Shown here in pieces: positions 1 to 31,700 of a stretch of DNA of 64,000 nt. The notes under the pieces are model-generated. The model had not been told where the DNA came from, ran no database searches, and saw nothing but the letters and a program-made list of their open reading frames with translations. The translations under genes and the position numbers were made by a program. The DNA is taken from positions 481,505 to 545,504 of the forward strand of contig NMRA01000285.1 of assembly GCA_002633005.1 (NCBI GenBank). Direction: 5' to 3'. Source of the stretch: Phoronis australis. Its lineage: Eukaryota; Animalia; Phoronida. How positions within the stretch are numbered: the first letter of the stretch is position 1; every line of letters begins with the position of its first letter.

Positions 1-796
1 ACTTAATTGGATCTGAGCCCCCCCCTCCCCCAAACACTAAAACTGCACACATTTAAACCTTGTTTCACCCCCTTCTAAACCCGCCTATGATATAAGCACA
101 TATTTATTTCAATTAATTAAGCTTCAATTTAGTTGTTAATTTCTTCCGCTCTATCGTATTCAGTTTGCTTTGCGCTCCAGAACCGTGTTTTTGTCGGAAA
201 TTCATCGATACTCAATCGCGACCTACATGTACACTGTAGGTCGGGCCTCTTTCAGTCGTGCACGATTTGATATAATACTCGTTTTTCAATAGAATTCACC
301 GATTGTTACGTTCGTTTACACCGGTAACTATTTTAGAACGAGAGTGGTGGATATGTCATTTGTGTCAATATTGACGGAAAGTCAAGATGTGAGCAGGCTG
401 AGGTTACCACTGATTTTATGCAGGAATGTTTCGCGATTGTATGCCCAGCCATGCACGCTCATCACTTTTGTAAACTAAGCAGTATAATCAATTTAAGCCG
501 CCGAAATATATTCATTGCTGACTAGAAAGTCTTGAGTACCCTACGTGTAGCCATGATTACCTTTTGGGTAACCCAAGGATCTTATGCAAATTTCACCACC
601 CGGATAAAGGTCTTGCGTTCTTTGAATAGTTTTCTGCAGGCGAGCAACGGCTTTGGTTGTAATAGAGTATGGAACTGTGTGGCAAAAATGATTGTCCAAG
701 CCCTGACTTTTGTCCTCATCCTGGATTTTTAATTTTTAGTCAGGAAAGATGTGGTAAAAATATGAAACGATTCAGTACACATATCCTATAAAAGGG

Positions 797-1065
797 AATG
801 TGTTGAGAAAATGAGGGTCTCTATCATGTCCTGTGTAGGCCTACTGTGAAATGTTTTGAGAAAATGAGGGTCTCTACCAAGTCCTGTGTAGGCCTACTGT
901 GAAATGTTTTGAGAAAATGAGGGTCTCTACCAAGTCCTGTGTAGGCCTACTGTGAAATGTTTTGAGAAAATGAGGGTCTCTACCAAGTCCTGTGTAGGCC
1001 TACTGTGAAATGTGTTGAGAAACTGAGGGTCTCTACCAAGTCCTGTGTAGGCCTACTGTGAAATG
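797..1065. repeat. 53-bp minisatellite, 5 tandem copies
   Basis: Unit ...gagaaaatgagggtctctaccaagtcctgtgtaggcctactgtgaaatgt... recurs with period 53 (ctact at 841 and 894), with no spacers. Confidence 0.95.
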
Positions 1066-1824
1066 CGATACCAATTTGAAATAGGTTGTGTTTCAAGCAG
1101 GGAACTACGGTAGCAGTGAACTACTGCAGCACTGAAGTACTGCAGCAGTGAACTTGGTTGAAAGACGATTGACTTAAATGGTGGCTGCAAAAGTCTAGCA
1201 TTGGTTCGGGCAGACTGATCTCCTTCAAGCACCTGAGGATAACTTAAAGACATGTAGGACCCTACAAATTTTCAGTTATGCCAACTTCGGAACATCATGT
1301 GGTAGAAATGGGTGGCCAAATTAATACGAAAGTTTTAGATAATATTTTTTATCCACTGTTCTTCAATACGCTATTTGGAATTGTTTTTAAAATGTTTCCC
1401 GTTTGAGGGGCTTTCAAAAATTTGGACCTTTATGATTTACTCGTCACTGCTCGGTCAAGTATACTTGTGGTCGACCTATTGGCGGGTTTCAAACTTCACG
1501 CTGAACGGTACGACCCGCACTTTTGACCCGGCCAGGTTTTCCCTTTTTTCTCGAAACTGCATCCGTTGTCCCCTTCCGATTATATATGTACAACTTGTTT
1601 CCTTCAAAAATATACTGCCGCGACCTCTTGATTTGTTCTTCTGTCTCGAAGTAGGCTATTTTTCCTTGTTGCGGGCTTTTACGCACCTGGATACGTCATG
1701 ATTTAGTTTGTACCTCAAGCATGTAAATTGCATGAGATCCATACTGTAGACCTACAAGGCAGCAGTGTAACCTGGGTCGCTAAGGAGCATAAACCACACG
1801 GTAGGCTCAAAACAATGCTCAACC

Positions 1825-1980
1825 TCCCGTTCAGTAACTCTAGGACCTCGCTAAAAAGCAACACGTCGCGAGATTACGTGAGATATTGCTGTGCATTTTA
1901 AATGAGAACACGTGACTTTGACTAGGTTTTAGCTAAAACCTAGCATACATGTAGGTCCTAGCGTCTACTGAACGCACGCC
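1825..1980. mobile_element. MITE-like element (family copy 1)
   Basis: Imperfect TIRs cgttcagtaac..taggacct / aggtcctagcgtctactgaacg; closely similar copy at 38632-38788. Confidence 0.7.
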
Positions 1981-2579
1981 AGGTTATCGTCTAAAATGTA
2001 GGCCAGGATATGGTGGGCGTGATTTAACCAATAGGTTTTTGAAAATTGCCTTCAAGTGGAATACTTTCATTTGAAAATAACGACTATTTGTTTTTCGCCT
2101 GGCATGCCAACACAAACGTTAATTTATGAATTAAAAATATCACGTGGTGTGTAGTTCAAAGGTTATTCGGTGAGATAAGAGTATAGTGGGGCCCTAACCT
2201 CGACCTTAGATTAAATAAAAGTTTATCCTAAGGTCGGATGCCTGAATTTTTGTATAACACACTATGTTAAAGATAAGATTGCTCTGCCGAGTGTACCTTT
2301 TATGATATTGATTCAGGGTCGCATTTAAGACAACCGAGAACCAGGGCAACTCGGATCAGTCAAATCTCGAAGTTTTCAGTCATGGCGTTTTCTCTATTCG
2401 TAAATATATTTAAAAGGAATATTCAGAACGCTGTTCAGCTAATATGACTATTACCTTAAGATTTTCCGATTTGCGCGGTGGCGAATGGCTAATGGTTTAC
2501 TTTAGTAACGGTCTCAAAAGTCGGGTCAAACAATCCTGTTTCTCGAAGAATCTTTTGTTTTCTAACATGATGGACTAAA

Positions 2580-2649
2580 CTAAAATCAGTCTACGGATGA
2601 TGAAGCCTGTTTCCCCGAAACAGGTTACATCATCCGTAGACTGATTTTA
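2580..2649. repeat. Near-perfect palindrome/hairpin
   Basis: ctaaaatcagtctacggatgatg...catcatccgtagactgattttag. Confidence 0.8.
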
Positions 2650-3485
2650 GGCTAAAAGTAAAAACCTCTGCCCTCAACAATCTGCTCTACTAGCAAACAG
2701 AAGAGAAACAAAAATGAAAAAAGAACAACTTTTGGTTATCCGTAGTCAGATCTCTGAGTTTTGGCGAAACTTGAAAGTCAAAAGTCAATAGTCTCTTGGA
2801 GAAACAGGTCCCAGGACTGAGTTATAAACTCGCAATGAAGGCTAGAGTGACGGGTACGTGCCTAATGGGCGAAGTCTTCCGTTTTCAGAGGTTCTCGCGT
2901 CTACAGACAGCACGACAGTTCTCGTGTTCGTGTAAACAAGGGGAAAACGGTAATTTATGATGACATGTGAATATGTCTGCTGCTATTTAAAAGAACAACT
3001 AATAAAATGAAAAGGACAAAGATGATATCTATCCCAACGTGAAGCACTGCAACAAACTGTATGGTTTGTGTGTTTAACGAATGCTCATCTGTCATATTTT
3101 ACTGACGATGGTTTAATACTAAGTAGCGAAACCTTTCAACCGCATATATTTGCAAATAACTCTGGCTGCTGGGTTGACGTTATAGCATTGTCATTATCGG
3201 GGCAAAAGGTGAGAACCACTGTGATGTCAAGTTTGGAGGAAGCCAATGAGAGTGGCGTACTTGGACAAGTGTCTGCCACCTATACGCAAGGTCTTGGGGT
3301 CTATTCCCACTGGGGCAGAGGGCTAGACCCGCGAGTCTGGCCCGGCTCTACCTCCTCAGATCGGGTTTAACTATATATAATAAAGCATGAAAATGGTTCC
3401 AGGTGATCAGTGCAATGGACCTACTCGAGCGGCCTGCGCACACCTTGAATTACGTGTACCAGGCCGCCTGCAATTATACAGAACG

Positions 3486-3540
3486 CCAATTCATCATGAG
3501 TCAAGTGACCCCCTCACGTGAGACGCCGAGCCAGCTATAA
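3486..3540 (+). promoter_or_regulatory. Putative GGT-A core promoter
   Basis: CCAAT 3486-3490, AP-1 TGAGTCA 3497-3503, E-box TCACGTGA 3514-3521 and TATAA 3536-3540, about 280 nt upstream of the inferred ATG at 3817. Confidence 0.45.
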
Positions 3541-3816
3541 GCTGTTGAGGGAAGACCTGTGTAGCGGCGAGTGCTGTTCAGAGAATCTCTTTATCAAACA
3601 TCCTTGTGTACATGCATATGAGACGGTGTAATACGAGTCGAGGGTCACTAAAACGCAACCGTTCGTCGGAAGGAAACTTATCACTAGTGTAATTTACGCA
3701 TGCTCCAAACTTCATCACAATTGACCGACCTCCAATAAAAATCACCTGAAGAGACAAAGATATTATTTTAGCACGCGAGAAATCGACGGGTGCAAACATT
3801 TCGGAATTCTACAGTC

Positions 3817-21323
<17,507 letters not shown>

Positions 21324-21619
21324 TACTCGCTTGTGTACAAACATATCCTGCCAGATAGCAACGTAATGCGAAACCGCATTGAAGATACCGATTGACTTAG
21401 AAAGATGGTACATGCCCGAAGACGTTTTGACTATGTTTTCCCCGGATTTCTCTTCTTTGTTCGATTTTTAAATTTCGTGTGTGTTCATGTTATCGTAATA
21501 ATGAAAAGCAGGGTGATGTCTACCGGCAAGTAGTAGCACAGGTCGTGGAGCACACTGAGTGCATGTGTAAACTGGGGTAGAGATTTATCTTACGCACAAA
21601 GATTAGCCTCTAGTGGTCN

Positions 21620-22630
21620 AAAAATTTTCTAGTGCATAGATTCAAACGTAACCCTGAATTAAAACTCATGATATTATACGATTTTAGAGGAAAGAAGTAT
21701 AAGAAACTTTAGTAACTTGAGAATCTCACCCAAGCGAGGCTATTTGCGTAGAAAGTGATATTTTCTTATCCCAAAGTCCATTCGGTACAGGCACGTAAAA
21801 ATGTTGAACCATTACTATGAAAGTAGTTTTTTATCCTTGTCGGCAATATTGTTATGTAGGCAGCAACGCGGCGATTTGATATAACACATATATTGGTTGA
21901 TGATAATATTGGAATACTAACAAATAGGTCTGTGTTAGAGAGTCTTTTACTAACTGAGTGGAGAGTTCAGATGAATCGTATAAACAATCAACACATGGTT
22001 TTAATGTGTGGTCGGCACACCAGTACAGCAGACAATAGATCAACGCTAAGCTCCGCCCACGTGACAGCCATATTTGTTTTGGTCGTCTGTCGTGCTTCAC
22101 AAGTTCGAAAAAATGATTAAAATTACGCTGTAAACAAACAGGTATGTCACATTTTCTAATTATGAAGTAAATATCAGCTTTATTTCTAGTACTTCAACAA
22201 AAATTGGAACATAATGACCACGCATTCTGAACGAAATTTGATCTCAACTAAAATCGCGTGCCAGGGTTTTTTGATAAATGGACCAGATTTTTAGTTATTA
22301 GACGGAAAGTGACCAAATGACAAAACGTGGCGTGCTTGCCCCAACTCACACACAAAAATGCCACAAAATCAAAATCATAATGATTTTGTACATATATTTG
22401 GTATGGATAAGTAGAATATTGCGTAAGGAAACAGTTGATGATGATCCCTGTACATTTTGAAAAAAAATTCGAGGTAAAATTGGATTTTTTGAAAATTAAA
22501 CAATACGATTTTTTGAAAAAACGAACTACAAAAAATTTGTCACTTTCAGAGTCATGTCTAACTAGTTAAAACTCCTTTTTTACTCATTTTAGTTAGGAAT
22601 CTGGAGATTTGATCAGTGTATACACCTACC
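21620..22630. mobile_element. Partial TTAA-targeting DNA transposon (Kolobok-like end)
   Basis: Ends ...tacacctacc|TTAA exactly where similarity to duplication copy 1 begins; absent next to copy 1. Confidence 0.5.
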
Positions 22631-24038
22631 TTAAGACATTTTTCTTTTAGTTACAAATTTCAAAAAATCTGTCAACTGCTCTTCAGTTCCCACTAGGCAA
22701 AGCACGTCTCCTTATTTGAAAACATAGACCTGGCACATTTCTCTTATGTCACACTTCCAAAAGACCTGAAACACAGTCAAACATTTAATGAATAGCCAAA
22801 TGGTGCACAACTTCGCTTTCCTGGCACGTTTCGGAGTATACCCCTCATTCTCAAAGGTACAGAAACCAACATGATGTAAAGGACAAGGTAACAAGTAAAA
22901 GGTGTGAGACATGATAGGTCAATAACACAAGTGTAAACAAGCCTATACTCTAGACAATAACCTCAAAACGACGCGACACCAAGCTGATAGAGGCTTGTTT
23001 ACCCTTGAATGTGTTATTGACCTATTGTCTCACACTTGCATGATCTTTTACGTATTACCTTGACCTTTACATCGTGCAGGTTCCTGTACCTTTGAGAATG
23101 AGGGGTACCTCGAAACATATCAGGAAAGTGTGTACTATTTCGCTACTTATATCCGACATTTCATCTAAACAAAACAATGATATGCACTTGGGAAATGTTT
23201 ACTAGGTAATTCTTTGAGCGCATGCTCGTATGCGGCCGAGAATTTGAAAGCAGTGTTGAAACAGAAGAGAGTTTATCTATCGCCTGTGTTTAAAAATTGT
23301 TAATCTGGCGATTTAAAAAAATCTTGCAATGTTCGTAATGAACAACTCTCACGTTAGCATCCCCACTCGAAGAAGTGGATTCCCCATGATTTATTTAAAG
23401 GTATCTTTACGAATTTTTGCGTTCCAGACGTGTTTTTAGGCTGGGCATCTTGTCCAACCCTTGTCTGAACCTGTCTAGAGAATCGTAGACACGCGTCTCT
23501 TTAGTAGACTTTCAATGTTTGCAAGGCGATTGGTATAAGATACAGACAACCATTTTCTGTTTTGGGGCTTCAAGTTTTGTTTTTCTTGTTTTAGGACGTG
23601 ATAACTGAACTTGAGAAGATGAGACATAACGTGTCCAACACCTACAGTCTGGGATCGTCGGTTGTGCAAGGCATTTTCGTGACAGACCAAGGCTTGCAGG
23701 CTTATTCAGACTTTAGAAAAGGCGGTCGACCAGACGGATATTGATACTCGCTTTTGTACAAACATCCTGCCAGATAACAACGTTATGCGAAACCGCATTG
23801 AAGATACAGATTGACTTAGGAAGATGGTACATACCCTAAGACGTTTTGACTATGTTTTCCCCGGATTTCTCTTCTTTGTTCGATTTTTAAATTTCGTGCG
23901 TGTTCATGTTATCGTAATAATGAAAAGCAGGGTGATGTCTACCGGCAAGTAGTAGTACAGGTCGTGGAGCACACTGAGTGCATGTGTAAACTGGGGTAGA
24001 GATTTTATCTTACGCACAAAAATTAGCCTCTAGTGGTC
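22631..24038 (+). repeat. 1.4-kb direct duplication, copy 2
   Basis: Matches 20218-21618 with scattered substitutions and small indels. Confidence 0.92.
23595..23744 (+). CDS. GGT1: Duplicate GGT-A terminal exon
   Basis: Intact acceptor and ORF; three differences from 21174-21323 (R>K and two synonymous). Confidence 0.7.
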   Translation, partial: DVITELEKMRHNVSNTYSLGSSVVQGIFVTDQGLQAYSDFRKGGRPDGY

Positions 24039-24743
24039 TGTGTTTTGAAAACTGAATCAGTATTTTAGTTCATATTTTCAAGAGCAAAAGGTCATCTGAT
24101 TCCAACTGAAACATAAAATAGAAAAGGGCTCTGTCAATCAGTGAGGTAAATTACTGTAACTAACTATATATTTCATACGAACAATGTGGAAATGAACCAA
24201 TTTCGAGACCCAGTGGAATTTCAGTAACTGAGTCAATGTACCTCGCGAGTTCGCGGACATCATCCAAATCCTTGGGGAATACCACCATGCATTACAATTA
24301 CGGTCATGTGGGACTCTAGAGAGTGTGCAAATTGCCTTCCTTCGGGACACCATATCTCAGTGAATGCTGATTGGATACTAGTGAGACTTTCAGATACTGT
24401 ATTCCATGCGTGTTTCTCCAAGATCTTGTCATGAGTTTTTTTAACGTGTTCCATTTTAATGCCGGGGATATAAAAAGTGGGACATTTAGGGTTTTTAGGA
24501 AGTTTGCATAGCATTAAAAGATAAGTGCAATTTAGAAAAAATTGAAATTTGTGATGGCTACGCACTTCTGTAATTTCTATCAGGAAGAGCCTGATGATTA
24601 AATATAAATACATAAAATGCTAGTATCCTCCATTTACATTGGGTTTGGCCTTACAACCGTGGTACAATACCGTTATTCAAAATACTACGTCAAGACACAT
24701 TCGACTTAGCGATAATTGCCATGGAACTGATTACAATAGTATA

Positions 24744-24899
24744 TACCGTAAAGTCGCGGGTTAACACCCTGAGCGCTTAAACTGGGAAACCCTGAGCAGG
24801 GGGTGGGCGATTACCCAAGCAATGGGCGCTTAAGCCGAAAATTGACAAAAAGATATGGGCTTATTACAAGGCTTGGGCGTTAACCCGCGAGTTTACGGA
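24744..24899. mobile_element. Tc1/pogo-type MITE
   Basis: TIRs taccgtaaagtcgcgggttaac / gttaacccgcgagtttacgga. Confidence 0.6.
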
Positions 24900-25572
24900 A
24901 CTCTCTACAGAGTGTGTGAACTCATTGACAAGGCGTCAATAAATCGGCTGGTGAAGCATGTCTTTGACTTAACGTAATTTACCATTCCACATATGTTTCA
25001 CATCAAAAGAGAAGGCGATATTTGCGACACGTTATGAATATGTTTCTGTTTGACTTTGACTTCAATGTCAATTATGACGTATATTTCCGAGCGTATTTCC
25101 AGCTGGTGTCTGTTACATACTTTTACATCCCAGAGGCACTTTGTCTTTTTGATCTCTGTTAAACGTTGGCATGTAATATAAATATCTCAAACTCGTCGAA
25201 AAAAAACCCTTGACTTTCGTTAGTAACGGATGTTTAGGAGCCAATATGACAAATGACTGCAATGTTTACCTATTCCTGAACCTGGATGGCTAGAATTAAT
25301 AGCTTGATTGCTATGTCGAAAAGTTTAATAGTGTTTTTGGATAAATAAAACTCCGTTTAGTTGAGCGTGCTGCATGTCTTGACGTGTCACACAAGATTAA
25401 TGAAAATTTTACTTCACACAGAGCTTTCAAGGCTAAAATCTAATTACTTGGGCGTAACAAAAATACAACACCCAAGATAATAATTAGTCAAGTATTGATG
25501 TTTTACCACCCTTTATAAATGTGCGCTTTTTAAAATATATTAGAAATACGTTTTGCCCAACTGAAGTGATAC

Positions 25573-25718
25573 ATGGAAGGAGAGATTGAAACAAAAGGGC
25601 GAACTCGTCAGGCCTCGGCTGTTCAAAGTTGGGCAAAGATTTGGTTTAAGTTCAGCCAAGCGACGACGATTCACGGCATACGCTACATATTCGAGAAAAA
25701 GGCGTGGATAGTGAGAAG
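25573..25718 (+). CDS. DEG/ENaC exon 1 (HG gating motif)
   Basis: MEGEIETK...FSQATTIHGIRYIFEKKAWIVRR; in-frame TGA two codons upstream of the ATG. Confidence 0.88.
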
Positions 25719-28700
25719 GTAGTAACAACCGTTGATCTGTAAAACAGTTGTTGTTTTCTGTATCTGTCGCTTTTCCATTATTGAAAACGCGATCCTCGAA
25801 AAAGACGTACGAAGTTACGGAACCATTGGAGATTGTAAACAACTGTAAAAGGAAATGCACGCAACAATATGGGAGTCAAGTGTCAAAAATGCTTTAGTTT
25901 TCGATTTGGTTCACCCGTGAGGGTGGTAACTATTGGCGTGTACCAAGAGACAGTTCTGGACCCAACGCATCAGAAAACGGTTGGTACCTCAAATAATCGC
26001 TGTTTTTAATAAAAACATTCCATAGCTTTGGATTAGAATGAGTTTTTTTGAAACTTCCCAAACCACATTTATGTCGTGTTACAATCGAAATTAGCCTCGT
26101 TAAGTTTTAAACAAAATTAATTACTTAAGTACATTTACACCACTTTGTATGCCCAAAGCAGTAATGAGTCGCCGCTTAATGAGTCAGTAGAGCATTAAGC
26201 AATGGCATATACTTTTATTACGAGCACTTACGCGAATGTTTCTGGGGTTGGCTTTTTGTTGTAATTGATAAATATTTGATTAGAGTTTGGCGGAAGAGAA
26301 TGCGACTAGGAACATTGTTATGAGTTTCGTGTTGCCTAGGTTCGAAACGGAGAATATTAAGCTTATGAAGCATCATAGCTACCAACTTGTTGCCCTCAAA
26401 TTTCAAAAATTATGTGCACACCTACGGCGACGAGACGTTGAGCATCTAATCGCTCTCAACACGCGTTACATTTTAACTTCTTAAGCATGGGTTGAATCAC
26501 TATATTCTAGGTGCGAAAGAATGCCTGAAACATTGACAACATAGGTATGTTGCTAATGACCAGTGGACAAATTTTCTTGTGGAAACAAAGCTTACCTAAC
26601 GCAATAAGGAGATTCGTCAACTTCATTCTGTGAATTTCAAGGCATAGGGATTTCGTGCTATCCTTGGTACCGAATTCTTTTAAAAGGGGATAACAGCTAG
26701 CACAAGTTTTCCCAGTGTTTGTTTTATTGTAATATCCAGGGACACAGGCCATCTGCGTCGTATGCAAGTGCTCACAAAAATGACCAGGGGCATGTATACA
26801 TTGCCTTATACGTGCGACATCGCAACAGGCCAGATTCACTCTACCTTATAGTACGAGTCGTAATTCGGCATGCCGGGGCATTCAAACTTGCAAGCAAAAA
26901 GGGCTGATTTACACTGTACACGCATAAAATTAAGGATATTTGACCTCGATGAAGCTTTTTGTATAAAAAACAAATTCCTGGTGTTAAACATTTCTCCACA
27001 GACGTGTTTACCGTACACAGGCACAAAAAATCTTGTAATTCATTCAGGGCCACACTATCTTGTTGTCCTCAAGTCTAGACAAATTTTTATCGAGTTCATG
27101 ACAGTTATGTTGCCTTACATCAAAAGTTGGTTTTGACAGGGGCGTGAGTTCATTATTCTTTTAGCTGTTGGAAACAGCAAACCCCCTTAAAGAACATGAT
27201 CTTGGGCTGTAAAAATTGTCTTGTGAGGGTTTTTGGACAAGAAGTCGGTAGCAACAGGATTTAACACTCAAAATGTGGTCGAATCCTCCAAACTGCACTC
27301 TTCCTCACATTAACAAGACGACATCTCGGCAAAATGTTAGAAATTCTTACAATTTACTTGATGAAATGCCAGGTTTATACATAGGACGTGAAGACGTGTT
27401 AAACATTGCACAAGCAATCGCGACAGACAATAAATTTCTAAATAGTGTTCGAGTTAGCGTAAAGTGTTGACAATGCCAAACAATTAACATCGGATAGTCT
27501 TCTTTCCAAAGCGCAGTCCTTAACGGGCTGTCAGAAAATATTCGCAACTGACTCTTGACGTGCCACTCTCTAGTTCACCCACACATCAGAAAAACCACAC
27601 ATTAACGAGATGTTGCGGACAGAGCTTGCCAATTATGCATACATGTACATCTCCCAGTTTCACCCAGCGTGTAAAACATGACGTAAGCGTTCATAGTTCA
27701 ACTTTCATGCGACATATTTATAATTTCAAACCAGTAAATACTGCAGCTAACAAAAAATCTCAGACATACACATTCACCCAAAACCACAGTGCTTAGAGCA
27801 AGAACTATCGAAGCCTAGTGTCATTTTACAGTATTTTGCATGATGTTTTTCTACGCTCATAGACACAAATTATGGCACCGTAACATAATAATGCTGGTTG
27901 CACCATTATACCAAATAATTGAAGAGCACATGATGGCGGCGAGTAGCGACATCTGAGATATAACTTCCAAACACGTGATGCATCTTTATTTGCTTGACAA
28001 GAGAGAGTTTTCGTCGCTTTCGACCAAAACAATTTGTTTTTAATGAAAGTAGAAATATATCTGTTGTGAGATACAGTGTCAATTTGTTGCTTGTTAAAGT
28101 ACCATCTCTCCTAATACCTTGAAAACATCTACAATACAATTCTTTTTGTTTCTGTAAATTTACAACATACCCCACGAGTTACAATAAATTTTAAGGAAGC
28201 ACAAATCAATTTTATATGCATTGAAAAGGTCTTTGAGATATAAAACAAACTGGATGGTTACGGGTACCAATAGTTCAATTTCAGAATTATCTTAAACGAA
28301 TAATAATTTACATAGGTCTGTACAAAATTAATTTACATGTATGTGGGACTCGGTTGAATGCTTTTGAGAAGTCAACTAACGCAGGGTAAAAACTGGCATC
28401 CTTCTAGCTGACAGAAAATACTTAATCCATAGTCAGTGAAAGCAGGTCTCACAATGACTCGAGTAGAGCACCAGAACCAATTTTGGTTTTGGCCTAACAC
28501 CTTCCACTTACGAATGACGACTTCGCTGGGGTTTTTTCATACTGGATTCTATACATGTACACAGTGTCAGTTTCCGTCATGACATTAAATTTGACCGTTT
28601 TATTTTTGGGGTCTTGTGGCTGATTATCAAGTCCTTGGTCTTTGCACATCAATGTAGATGTCACCTTATTATATGTTGCAAGATCAGTGTTGGTTATTGT

Positions 28701-31700
28701 TTGTATACGCTATAATTAACACCACTAGAATATTCTCATAGTGACTATAATCTGAATTCCTTTCATTCTCATTCCCGAATCGCCTCAGTTGTTCATCTAT
28801 CAACTGCGGCTATGCATGCTCCTCTTGTTCTCCTTTAGTCGCTCTCTGTTCCTTACTTTTTATGTTCCCTCTTCTTTAGTCTCGGCCAACAGGCGCCACG
28901 TTCACGAAACAATACTAACTTCCGTTGTAGACTTCTCTGGGCAGTCGCTGTTGGTGCGGGAGTGTCGATTTTTCTTTATCAAGTCTCCGGCTGTCTTCAA
29001 AACTACCACGCCTGGCCGATGAGCGTGGACATTACGATCAACTACAATGATACCATCAAGTTTCCGGCTGTAACAATCTGCAACCAGAATGCCTTCAAGT
29101 AAGACAACTTTTTATATGTATCGCCATCCTATTCAACATCGTAACAAGCAATTCTACCCTTAAATTACCAATTTTCTGCAGTATATCAACTTCTTAATTA
29201 GAAAGTAACACCAGAGTGATAAACGGTTTGTCTATTATGAGCGACTTCATTAACACTCACGATGTTAAATGCTAATGAAGAAAGGGGTATATTTTCTTCT
29301 CTGAATAGTCCGAGAATAGAGCGCTGTTCCCACGATGTGACTGTACAGTCATTGGGCGGCGCACCATAGGGGGCTGGGGGGCTATAGTCCCCACTTTTTT
29401 CAGTGATGTGCCGCCCATGTAAGCTATATGCATTCGTATGCAGCCAGCAATATTGTTTCACCAACGACACCTAGTGAGTGTAGTGTTCTTCAACCTCAAT
29501 CATCTTTATAATACAAACAAAAGAAAGTAATTTTATTTTTGCTAGACTCACCAAGGTCCATGAACTGGGTTGGCATCAGATGATCCAGGACTTGTTCGAC
29601 AGTTCACGCGTGTTTTCTAATGTTGAAAAATACAAGGACCGCAACTTGACAACAGAGGAATTGTGGACTTGGGCAGCTCATGACAAGAGAGACTTGATAG
29701 TTGAGTGAGTTTTCGCGGGTGCCATTTCTCAACGCTTACCGAACCATTGGTTTTGCTTTAGGTACAAAGTTATGACAATTGGCACTCACGTAAGTGACGT
29801 TCTCCGGCCCCCTCCCGACGACCCCTCACAAAGTCTCTTTGACTAATTCATCACGCGTATATTTCTTGGAGGGCTTGGTCCTACCTGTAATCCGCCTACG
29901 AATCACAAACCACGACCTTGAGTAAGCCACGGAGACGTTTTCAATGTATAGAGTGGTTTTCTTCATTTCTGAACAGCCAACTAATCTCAATCTACTGTCG
30001 GAATATTAATTTCGAACTAATCGGGATGGCTTAATGTTACTTCATTATGTTATTGAGATGCCATGTTGCGACGTCGTTTCACAGCTATTTCTCAGTAGCA
30101 CTGGGATTGATTGTAAAATCATTGTTTGCTAGCAGCTTCAATAATAAATGTTCTTTGTTGGACTTCAGGTGTAAATGGCGCGGCGAAGATTGCAGTGCGG
30201 ACGACTTTGATTATATCATGACTGATCATGGAGTTTGCTTCTCCTTTAACTATAAGAACATCAGAAGTGGAAATGACGAGATAGTATCAGCAGGTTTGGA
30301 CAGTCTTTATAACAGGAATTTCTGAGAAAACTCAAACCTCCTTGACTTAACAGATATCCGATAGGAGTATGTACATGTGACTTGAAGAGGGCTCATAGCG
30401 GTGCCGAAATCGCCTAACCTCTCGCGTTTGAAGATCCGAATCGTTGATAATTTCCAAGGGAAGTGGACAATTATCCCTAGTTTTTGTTATTTTAAAGTTT
30501 TCGAAATTATAAAATACTGTAATATAACAAAACGACATATCAGGCTCTCAAAGTTGGTGAACTCGAGTTCGAGTAAAATAACATGCATAAAAACCGGCTT
30601 TTACGTTATGCATCGCACGTATCCTTAAAATAATAGCGGATCAGGTTTTTTCTCAATTCGAGAAATATTGCAAGCCAAATGCTTATGACCTCAGTTTCAA
30701 ATCGCTAAGCTAGAACTATTTGTTCGCTCATCGCCTTCCGACAATTGAACATCAATACTTGCTACCTGCTAGCGATGTTTGTCATCGCGAAACCTAGGCA
30801 AGAGGGAAACCCCCGGCTCTGAAACCGAGTGAGTGAGTTAGTAAATAAATAAAACGAATCGTGAAGTACTATTTTAAAGACTGTGGACATTGCGGGAGAA
30901 ACTGGATTCGAAAATGGACAGCGAACGCGCGGCAAGAAAATTTAAAACAAACAGCTACGAACCCTATCGGTGTTCGAGGTCAATAACATTTCAGCTTCCG
31001 CCTTCTTTAGCTTGGCCTTACTCTCTCCTTTTCCAGGGCCCTTGTACTTAATCTATTCTCCACCCAGATTCAGTTGCACTAACATAATTGCTATATCCAT
31101 GTAAAACATACGGTTATCAGTCGAGTCCAAAAGAATTAGGCTAACTGTGGTTACTATTAGGGAGGTTCACCACTCCAAAGGTTCATTACTCCGAAATTTC
31201 AATATTGTGAAAGTTTACACTTGTTGAACAGATTAGTGTTAATTTTCCCGGCATGATGGCCTGGCCGACATCGTCAATACCCGTTGTCAAAGCAATTGCA
31301 TTTTTAATGAAACGAGAAATGATACGAGTACAATGAAAGACTACATGTACATGTACATCATTCCACAAGCGACATTGGAAACAAATGACGAGATAAATGA
31401 AAAAAAGTTGTTACCGTAGCCATTGATGAATTTCAAACAGGAACAAAGCCTGGGGCACGGGGATATTTTGTATCAGGGTTGTGCTCAACCGTCGGCTTTA
31501 AATTTGAGGCGACTGCAGTGTATTTTGGGAAAGCTAAAAAATAGACACGCTTATTCAAAATAATCAAAACTTGGTGAAAACTCTAAAATCTTCCATCCTT
31601 TCTATTCATAACCAACTTAAAATTGTACACAAGAAAAGTTTCGTGAATTTCTTCTGTTTGCTAACATGGCAAATGTATAAAAACGAGCTGTTGTAACCAA

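Noticed and set aside
797-1065. CRISPR-like array
   Set aside because: The units are contiguous with no unique spacers, and the context is eukaryotic.
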